DNA from: Octopus bimaculoides
Taxonomy: Eukaryota
NCBI RefSeq assembly: GCF_001194135.2
Contig: NC_068981.1
Span: 178,136,379-178,200,378 of the forward strand
Length of the DNA stretch: 64,000 nucleotides
Direction: 5' to 3'
Shown here in pieces: positions 54,372-64,000 of the stretch (the stretch's first letter is position 1; the number at the start of each line of letters is the position of its first letter). The notes below the pieces were generated by a model. That model was not told where the DNA came from. It saw nothing but the letters and a program-made list of their open reading frames with translations, and did not search any database. The translations under genes and the position numbers were made by a program.

Positions 54372-54879
54372 NNNNNNNNNNNNNNNNNNNNTCCGATCTT
54401 GAATATATATCCTCAGTCAAATCGTCCAACCCATGCTAGCATGGAAAGCGGACGTTAAACGATGATGATGATGATGATATAACTAAAAAGGAAAAAAATG
54501 AAATCAGAATAAAGAAAGTAATTCAGAATTGAAATCTTTTCCTATAGTTTAACACTATTCCTTATTTGGACAGATTGTTGGGAAAAGCAGCAAAACAACT
54601 TATTCTTAGAGTAGTTCATATACTTTAGCCTTCTTTCTGCTTTTCTGTTTGCAGAACTCTGTACTATCTCTCAACTCTGACTACCATCTAGATCCAATCT
54701 CCAACTATCTACATCCAATCTCCAGCTTCAATTATTTGTCTGTATTCCTATTACATGTTCACACCATTAGAGTTTCATCACACCACAATCAACATTGTTC
54801 TACATCCTTAAATTACATGGTTATTGTGAGGAGATTGACTGATACACTGATAATAATCACACACCTAAAGCCTTTAAAG

Positions 54880-55310
54880 TCATTACAAATGCTAAGTATC
54901 ACAATATGTATTACTGCCAAAGCTGCATCACAATATTCAAGATTGCTCTTTAGGGCTAGGAAATCTCAACCCTTTGCAACTCATAGTGCTGCTGCTACAC
55001 ATACACAGGTACCCTAGATAGCATCCAAAAGAAAGCTTTTTAACTGATTAGCAAAACTTCATTCACCTACACACTTCAACAACTGGCTTGCAGATGATCA
55101 GCTCTATTTGCCTCTTCCAGTACTTCAATGATCTCTACTTTTCTGAAATAACAACACCATATTCTTTCTATATTTTCTCCACTCATCACCCTTCTATATT
55201 TCACCTCCTACACTCAATATTAAATGCTGTGCAGTCTTTCTTTCCCATAACTGTAACCATTCTGAATCCCCTCTTGCCCACAGATTTACAAAATAACAGA
55301 GATTTTTAAA
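54880..55310 (+). mobile_element. L2/CR1-group LINE 3' remnant
   Basis: CITAKAASQYSRLLFRARK resembles IAK.AS.KLG.LFR in the L2/CR1 RT thumb; THHPSIFHL...QSFFPITVTILNPL resembles the SFFPRT..LWNSLP C-terminal motif. Confidence 0.5.
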
Positions 55311-58300
55311 GTAACATCAACTGCATCAATTCCACCAGGGAAGGCCTGAAAATGGTTGTAGCTATTGTGTACCTCTCATGACTAACTTCTGTTGTAAAAT
55401 ATTTTTGAATATAATTCCAGATATGAAATAATAACTTTCAGTAGCTCTCCTTCCTAGCTAGTCCTGAAAAAAAGAAGTCAGAGAAGTTAATTCTGCTTTA
55501 GCTACATTCAAAATTAATTATGTAAGCCCATTCACAATTCATCAATAAGAAAATAGCAAGATAGAAAAGATCAGATCTTTGTCCACGGCCAGAGATAGAA
55601 TATAAAATCACAGTGCAGAAGCCAAGAAAGTAACATCATGGACAAGACACTATAGAAACATTTGTCTAAATGTAACAATGTGAATTTAAAAAAGACAATT
55701 GATGTTACTCTTGTTGATTAACTAAACTAAGTAATGTACTATATGAATTCAAGGTTCACAAAAATAGCTTTCAGTTCCCAAACTTTTCATTTAATATGAT
55801 AAAGGAAATGACTAAATAATAATTGTGAAAAATTACTGAAGCTAAAAATATGAAAACAGCATGGAATTAATCACTAATTAACATACAGGCTTTTCTCTAC
55901 AACAAAGACCCATCAAGTACATTGTGAAGGTGGAGACAGAGATAGAAATCCAATACTAAGCTAGCAATGAAATATATCTATGATATATATATGTATAAAA
56001 GCAGTAGTAATATTCAAGACAAAATAACAAAATGGCTTCCATTCAAGTGTATTAACTGTCCTAGAAGACAGATTGTGCAAGTAAATCTAATGACTTATAA
56101 CAAGGAATCACAAGGTAGATAAATTGTTACCTAGAGAACAATCAATACTAGAGAGAGCTCAGTAACAAGACTCTGAAGTCGTTTGAATAAATTCAAATAA
56201 CTTGTTGCAACTGACAACAAAAGTGGTATAACGTATGGTGTATGTGTAAAAAGTGTTATTCTACAAAGCTTCTTCAAATAGGGGGGGGGGGGGAGAAAAA
56301 AAAAGACAGTGAATTCTTAATTTTTTGCTATTTTAAGATATTAAATCAAGAGGGAATGAAAATGTGTGCAACATATGTTAGCAAAATAGAATGCATATGG
56401 AAAAAAGCTTAAGAATCAACTGTATTAAGCCTTCTCATAAAAAAAAATGAGGTTGGTGTTAAAGAATGAATAGTCAGTAGTCTTACTATATATTTCATAA
56501 TGGATTTAATAATAATTTATCCCCAAAACTTAAAGGGAAAGAAAAATATAATGATTATTAGGTTGAACTCTTTACTAGTGTTAATAATACAGATTAAAAT
56601 GTTGGAGAGGATAATAAAAGATAAGATCAAGCAAACAAACTTGCCAAAAACATGAAAACAATACAATATAACTATTAAAAGAAAAAAATGAAGCTTCTAA
56701 AATGTTAAGCTATGCTGGCACTTAATTATAAAAATTAACACATTTAATTGCTAAGCTCTAGCCTATCAAAAGAATATAAAGGATATGTAAACAAACTATC
56801 AACTATCTTGCAGCTCAGTATTTCTAAGCTTTCTCATTCATAAAATATATTAACTATTTTTAAAACACTCTTTCCTTGCTACCATTCATGTTGTGTAATG
56901 AAGTAGCTTTCAGTGATGTATTATCAAGGTTGGTAAACTTTTGAAATTATTTTACATGACTGTTATATATATGCACAACTGATAAACCTCTACAAGAGCC
57001 TAGCTCTTCCTTGTTATCTAAAGGATCTACACAAATTCTCTTCACCTATAATCTGAAGAAAACAAAATTACAGTAATTAGCTCCCACTTTGAGATAGCAT
57101 TTCAGATGGTGATCCTTAAGACAATATCAGAAGGGATAAAGATATTACAAATGAAATCAAACCCTAATTTCAGATCAGAACTGATAATTTATTCTAAGAA
57201 ATAAAATTTAAAATAATTTTTATAATAAAGTATGAAGTAAATTTTTGAAGGCATGTTGAGTAATTCAAAATGTAGTCCATTGTTTCCATACGATCAATTT
57301 GAAAATATATGATTATGTGATTGTTTTTTTTTTGTTTTTTTTTATGAAAATTTTTTAAAATATCGAAAATGGAATTTTAGTTACAGTAGATGAGAAAGTA
57401 TAAAAATTAAATCTTAAGTAACTAAGCTTGTTTCATATAGCTTTTTCAATAGCAAATATTCTATTGATTGCAAGTTAGCGAAATGTCAGCTTGTTAGCAA
57501 AGACTATATACAGTAATATGTTCTTGAAAGTAAAAATTTTCCTATTTAATACAGAGCAATAAGCAGTTTCTTAAAGCAGTAAATATAAATAGAAGACAGA
57601 TTTGAAAGATATGTCTGCTATCTGATTGGTTCATCGTTTAATGAGGAAGAAGAACAAAAGAAATATATTTTGTGTGATCAACATGTGACTTGATTAAAAC
57701 AAAATTTTAACACCAAACTCATTTCATTCTTGATAAAGTGATAAGAACTATGTAATTAATTTGCTTGCATTATTCATTTTACACCTTTTTTCAATAACAA
57801 TATTGAAAAAGGAAATTTGCTGGTGAGCTTGAGATAGTATTTTTTTTTATTATTATTATTATTAATGTTAAATAGTTTAAATAGGACATAATTAGAAAAA
57901 AATTATTAAGTAATTCTTGGTAATAAACAATTATCAGAATATGCTAACTTAAAATGAACAACTGCTAATTATCTAGAAAATACATACAAAATCATTTAGT
58001 TTTTTGTTTTGTTTTTTTTTTTTGTCATTATTTTAGGTTATTTTATTGGCTCATGTCAAGGAAAAACTAACATGCTAGACAGTTGAAAAGTAGCTAAGCA
58101 TTTTTGTCTTTAGCAATAAAAACAAAAAAGACACACTCCACACACAAAGTATCAAAATCAGTGTAAAAAACCATAGAAATTCCTAAGGCCAAATAGTAGC
58201 ACATTTTACCTCTAACTCTAAAAACACAAATTTGGAATAAACTCTTTTGTCATATATGTTACTAAGTATCATTTCACAACCTAATAATACTGGGTCACAA

Positions 58301-60711
58301 CTGATACTTTAAGAAAACCAGCAGCCTAGATCACGCAAAAACAAGGAAGGCTGGCAAGCAGATTTTGTTTTACTCTAAGTATGTGGTGGAATAGGAGGAG
58401 AATGAAGGAAGCTTGGTTTCTCATGGGAGACCTAACAAACCACTAAGTAGGAAGGCTGGTAGAATGAAGATTAACATATTAAATTTTTCAGTGTTGTAAA
58501 AGAAGAATATCTATGGTAGAAAGTTCACATATGCATAAACTGAAAGAGAGAGAGAGAGAGATAGAGTGATAATGTATAACGCACAAACACAAATATACAC
58601 ACACACACACATATACACTATCTTTCAAAATTTATAAGAAATGTTTGAATATAATAACTAAATATATTCTACAAGACACTGTCAATATTGGTAGTAACAA
58701 CCATTATCTTAATGGTAATCAAATGATTAGAAGCTGACAAATTTGATTAGGTATATCTCTGTATCTGAATTGTTAACCAGACATGTTTCTTATTATAAAA
58801 TGGCTACTAATTCCACTACAGAGGAAAGCAATTGTATTAGGAAGGGTAACCAACCATAAGAAACTTGCTACAACATAATAAAAAAGATATTAACAAAGAA
58901 CACACTCCACCCTTTATTCAAGATCAAAATCCAATATTACTAGAGAAATGATGTAATACAAATATATCTTACAGAAGAGTCCATTCTCTATAACCAAGCA
59001 ACTGGGAATCTATGCGTTGAAAACCTATTCTACTTCTATCAATCACAACTAGTTTTCTAAAGAATTGCTGACATATTTTCATTCAGCTAACAGAAAAATT
59101 GTTAATTAGCTAATAGAAAATATGTTGACAATTCAGTAATAATTGATACTAGCAAATATATGTACATATACAATTATTTACCATGTCTATTTAACAATTA
59201 TGCACACTAGTAATGTGTTACCATATTAGTAATTATGCAGCCTTCTTATACGCCCTAAAACTGTATTGTCACACATCCAAGAACAATATTGTTTGCTAAC
59301 CACAACATTTTTGTGGCATTTTAACCATTATTAAGAACTAGTTTGCATACAGCCTGCATGAGCTTCTAGAGACTGAAAATATTTAATGGTCCATGGCCTG
59401 ACAACCCATGACAAGAGCATCCAGTCATAAAGATGTAATTAAAACCATACATAAGGTGATCTAACTAAAAACAGAACTGTGGATCTTTGGGGGTCGATTC
59501 ATGAGTATAGTTTCTTTATTTGAGACCCCTTATGCATAAAACTGACAATATGGATGTTAAGGAAGAAATCAAACCTGGCAAAAATGTCAGAAAAGGTAAG
59601 ATATTCTTTGAACGAAGAGAAAATCCTGTTCTGGATACAAGATCTTGTTCAACATATGAGTGCAAAATCACAACTCAAATCCTTCTCTCTATCCCAACCG
59701 ATCATGATTCAAAATAGAAATATCTAAATCATTCCTTTCCTGAAAATTCTACATTTTTCTCAAAACAATAACATTTTATAAGAGGTTTCCAACAGGTTTG
59801 AACTTTTACTTATCAAATGTGAGATTAGTTAAATTTCAAAAATGGATCTTACCCACTTATTTAATGGAGAACAAGAAAATAAATTGACTAAAACAGGGTG
59901 AACGGAAATATTTTGTATAAAATCTCTTGACAGTTTAAGAGATTGACACAAAACAGAAATTGATAGCCCAACTTAGTACTTTTAGGTTTCTTTTTTCTCA
60001 TGTGGTATTTCACATCAACAAATGTAAAATATGTGGAGAAATAAAATATCCAAATAAATAAATAAAAATGAAGAAAGAAAATTTCCTGACTCTCATACTT
60101 AGGGGCTCTTTTTACAAGCTAAAAGAAAGTATCAAGTCAGTATGATATTTAAAAATACTTTGTGTATCTTAGTCAGCGAAGTAGGTTAGTGTTTAGCTTT
60201 AGTTTATGAATGGATATGTAGAAGAGAAAGATATTCCTCAAAAACAATACTAATCTATTGCAACTTAAATCCTTAAAGTCAGAGCTATTCCTAGATGGAT
60301 ATGGAGCTTGGAGCAACTCAATTACAGTGTTTTACACACACACATACACACACTCTCTCTCTCTCTCTCTCATGCAAACATACACACACTTGTATATGCA
60401 TACACACACTCTCATACACATATGCACACTCAATTTTTACTTTCATCAAGACAGATAGGAACTCAGTGGAAGCTTGGTAAACATGATAATAAGGTTTACC
60501 ATTACTCCAAAGCAGGTCTTAAGTATGCAACAATTGTGGTGAGATATGAACCAATATCCATGAAATTCATCTATAACCAGTTTTAAGGCAGTATCCATCA
60601 AGAAAACTATGTAGAGCTGGAGGAAATTACATTTGGTGTACTTAGTATAATGTTTTGCAATATACTAGAACTAGCCAATATATATACACAGGTAATTATT
60701 TACTATACTCT

Positions 60712-61118
60712 TTTACTCTTTTTACTCTTTTACTTGTTTCAGTCATTTGACTGCGGCCATGCTGGGGCACCGCCTTTTAGTCGAGCAAATCTACCCCAGG
60801 ACTTATTCTTTAGAAGCCTAGTACTTATTCTATCAGTCTCTTTTGCCGAACCGCTAAGTTTACGGGGATGTAAACAAACCACCATCGGTTGTCAAGTGAA
60901 GTTGGGGGGACAAACACACACACAAACACACATATATATATGTATACATATATACGACGGGCTTCTTTCAGTTTCCGTCTACCAAATCCACTCACAAGGC
61001 TTTGGTCGGCCCGAGGCTATAGTAGAAGACACTTGCCCAAGGTGCCACGCAGTGGGACTGAACCCAGAACCATGTGGTTGGTAAGCAAGCTATTTACCAC
61101 ACAGCCACTCCTGTGCCT
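60712..61118 (-). mobile_element. SINE family A, full length, close to consensus
   Basis: Reverse complement carries head, B box, core and tail, ending in TAAAAG(A/G)-type repeats; many CpGs retained. Confidence 0.92.
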
Positions 61119-61257
61119 GTGTCTATGTCGATTTAACAATTATGCACACTAATTTACAAACTTAAATAAGTAATTAAATATAATCAATTAAACATAAACA
61201 TAAAACAAAGCTGAAACAAAAAAAAAAAAGAGGGCAAAAAATTGTAACAGAATTTCA

Positions 61258-61754
61258 CCCTTTTGATACCAAATCACACAAAACGCCTGATTCAATGATA
61301 CAAACTTTGAAGTGAACTAAATTTTTTTTAAAACTTTCCATTAAAATTGCAGGTTTACTTATTGTTTCAAACACCAGTTTTAATTATAACAAAGTTATTT
61401 TACTAAATTCTTCATTATTTCCAAAATTATTTGAAACAAAGTCTGTGCCCCTGGACTGGCTCTTGTGCGGGTGGCACATAAAATACACCATTTTGAGTGT
61501 GGCCGTTGCCAGTACCGCCTGACTGGCCTTCGTGCCGGTGACACGTAAAAGCACCCACTACACTCTCTGAGTGGTTGGCGTTAGGAAGGGCATCCAGCTG
61601 TAGAAACTCTGCCAAATCAGATTGGAGCCTGGTGTTGCCATCTGGTTTCACCAGTCCTCAGTCAAATCGTCCAACCCATGCTAGCATGGAAAGCGGACGT
61701 TAAACGAAACGACGAAAGTCTGTGTATTTCAACAGAAATATGGTAACAAAAATG
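61258..61754. mobile_element. piggyBac-type MITE (degenerate termini) interrupted by a SINE
   Basis: Left TTCA+CCCTTTTGATACC; right GGTAACAAAAATG+TTAA (61755-61758). The reverse complement of the right end (TTTTGTTACCATATTTCTG..AAATACAC...TTTCAAATAATTTTGGAAATAATGAAGAATTTAG) aligns with the left end of the 40072-41067 piggyBac. Confidence 0.65.
61448..61714 (+). mobile_element. SINE family B copy with a perfect 10-bp TSD
   Basis: AAAGTCTGTG at 61438-61447 and 61715-61724 brackets the family B sequence. Confidence 0.9.
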
Positions 61755-62033
61755 TTAACCTTTTCTTTCTAAGATAATTTGGAAAATCACTAACAGAAAA
61801 GGAAAGTTCAGGCAAAATTGTAACACAGGGGTTAATTGCAGATTGTTGGTGTTGTCATAACTACTCAGAGTACAAATCTCACCAAGATTTTACTTTCACT
61901 GTATTTGACTCTGCTGGTGAGCACACAATAACTAACAACTTCTATCTTACATGTTTGTATGTCAGCATGCATATCACATGTTACCGTGACAATTAATGCA
62001 GTCAAAAACAAGATTGCATCACTGGTACCTCAC

Positions 62034-62071
62034 CCTCTAAAAGATTCCTTGTCATGCTCACTACCAAGATT
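62034..62071 (-). CDS. Candidate 38-nt exon
   Basis: gattgatttcttccag|AATC...TAGAGG|gtgagg; two frames are open. Confidence 0.15.
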
Positions 62072-62359
62072 CTGGAAGAAATCAATCACTACAACAACTA
62101 TCTTGAGCACTGCCTTCACTTCCACAAGCTAGGATTTAAAAACAAAAAAAAAAAGGATGAGTGCTGTATTATTCTTTGAGGCCAGCTTTGGTCTAGGTGA
62201 GAGGTCTATATTGTCACAAAATCCACGCTTTAGATTTTACGTCAGACTATAAAACTTAGTGTTTATTGCCAGATTGGTTCCCTTCATCAGCTTTTTCTCA
62301 AAAAGCACCAATATTTATTTGGTCACAGATTGTATCATCTACAGAGTGAGATCACTCAC

Positions 62360-62413
62360 AACGAAGTCATGTCACAGCCCTTCCCAGAGTAGTGTAAACA
62401 GTGAGGTGGACAT
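62360..62413 (-). CDS. Candidate 54-nt exon
   Basis: aatctatattttcag|ATGTCC...TTCGTT|gtgagt; one open frame (CPPHCLHYSGKGCDMTS). Confidence 0.2.
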
Positions 62414-62498
62414 CTGAAAATATAGATTAAGTTGGATCTTGAATTGATATTTGGTCCTTACATATTTGGTGTCACCATCATCATCATTTAATGTCCGC

Positions 62499-62955
62499 AG
62501 GAGTGGCTGTGTGGTAAGTAGCTTGCTTACCAATCACATGGTTCCGGGTTCAGTCCCATTGTGTGGCACCTTGGGCAAGTGTCTTCTACTATAGCCTCGA
62601 GCCNNNNNNNNNNTTGTGTGGCACCTTGGGCAAGTGTCTTCTACTATAGCCTCGAGCCAACCAAAGCCTTGTGAGTTGATTTGGTAGACGGAAACTGAAA
62701 GAAGCCTGTCATGTATATGTATGTGTTGGCTATAGCCTTAGTCACCCGTATTACGAACCAGGTGATACACGAAGGAGTCATACCCTATGACTGGTGTAGC
62801 AGCATCATAGTCAACTGCTACAAAGGTAAAGGGGACGCTTTANNNNNNNNNNAGTACTAGGCTTCCAAAGAATAAGTCCTGGGGTCGATTTGCTCGACTA
62901 AAGGCGGTGCTCCAGCATGGCCACAGTCAAATGACTGAAACAAGTAAAAGAGAGT
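62499..62955 (+). mobile_element. SINE family A copy spanning two small gaps
   Basis: Head and core at 62499-62725, tail at 62853-62955, separated by N gaps and an RTE fragment. Confidence 0.8.
62738..62842 (+). mobile_element. RTE LINE fragment, little decayed, running into an N gap
   Basis: 35 uninterrupted codons LVTRITNQVIHEGVIPYDWCSSIIVNCYKGKGDAL (RTE pre-RT W..S.I...YKGKGD motif) with CpGs retained. Confidence 0.8.
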
Positions 62956-63924
62956 AGTCCATGTTGACATGGGTTGAACGGTTTGACAAGAGCTGGCAAG
63001 CTGGGGCTGCACCAGACTCCAGTTTGATTTGGCATGGTTTCTATGACTGGATGCCCTTCCTAACACCAACCACTTTACAGAGTGTGTTGGGCATTTTTAC
63101 ATGGCACTGCACAGGCACATTTATGTGGCACAACATAGGTGCTTTTATGTGACACTGCACAAGTGCTTTTACATGGCACTACTACAAGTGCTTTTTGCAT
63201 GTCACCATTGACAATCTTTGAATCAGACACCTGCAACTACCAAGTGTCGTTAGTTTCCATCTGTGATGCAGCAGATTTACTGGTTTAATGATCAAGTTGT
63301 TAATTAACAGTAACAATTTGATCATTAAGGGGAGTACCTACTATTAGTTAAACAGACCAAAACAAGCTGTGTAATGCAGTATGTTTAAAGATAACATGCA
63401 ATAGCTGTAGCTGAACCTGAATGCCTGATGTCTCATCTTAATGCCAGTCATCATGCTTCTATATTTAATACTACAATATTTAATGGTTTCTCTTGTGTGT
63501 GTATTGGGGGGGGGGAGGTTTAGTCAAGAAGAACAGCAATATTCATGAACTTTTGTAGCACCTCCAGGACAAATGGGAAAATATACTTCTAAGTGACAAA
63601 GCAATCACAACTCACAGATTACATTCCGGCAGGAGACCTAACACAATAAAGGCACTTAACTCCTAGATGATGGCAGAACATATACAGTGCATCCAACAGA
63701 TTCCATGCAGTTTCTGTCTTCCCAATTGCATTTTCAAAGCTTGGATCAATCCAAGTTTTCATAGCAAACTTGCTCAAGGTGTCATGCACTATTCTTCATG
63801 CACCAACTATTAATCTGTAGTTCAGATTATTTATTTCTTCTGCACAAGCATTTAGGAGTAAAATATATTAGTTGTTAGAATGGCTCACTTTACATATATA
63901 CTTTTATATGTACATATACACATT

Positions 63925-63927
<3 letters not shown>

Positions 63928-64000
<73 letters not shown>
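63928..64000. repeat. (TA)n microsatellite running to the window end
   Basis: Uninterrupted TA run. Confidence 0.98.

Noticed and set aside
62559-62658. Exact 45-bp direct repeat on both sides of a 10-N gap
   Set aside because: Typical unmerged contig overlap (assembly artefact), not a biological duplication.

Overview
AT-rich animal genomic DNA from a gapped draft scaffold (11 N-runs, most flanked by microsatellites). It contains no intact protein-coding gene, rRNA, tRNA gene or CRISPR array. The tRNA-derived SINE families, RTE LINEs and microsatellite density resemble a cephalopod (Octopus-like) genome; this taxon call is inference from recalled repeat sequences, not a database match. Almost all long ORFs in the supplied track are artefacts of microsatellites or N gaps. 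The real coding remnants are all transposon-derived: a truncated Tc1 transposase (7.5-8.3 kb), an internally deleted DD37D/maT element (22.9-23.8 kb), an internally deleted TTAA-flanked piggyBac (40.1-41.1 kb) with a related MITE (61.3-61.8 kb), five RTE LINE pieces, an R4/Dong-type RLE retrotransposon remnant (30.4-30.9 kb), a Penelope-like remnant (25.6-25.9 kb) and an L2/CR1-like 3' remnant (54.9-55.3 kb). The window most plausibly lies within long intron(s) of a minus-strand gene, but only low-confidence short exon candidates were found. The most notable non-TE signal is a minus-strand AG|GTAAGT site at 51280/51281 with a strong pyrimidine tract and a second GTAAGT donor 38 nt downstream, which is the architecture of a recursive splice site plus RS-exon. 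There are also several dsRNA-forming structures (an approx. 78-bp-arm palindrome at 47.8 kb, inverted repeats at 11.0 and 7.3 kb, inverted SINE pairs at 60.7-63.2 kb) and two diverged tandem duplications at 17-19 kb.
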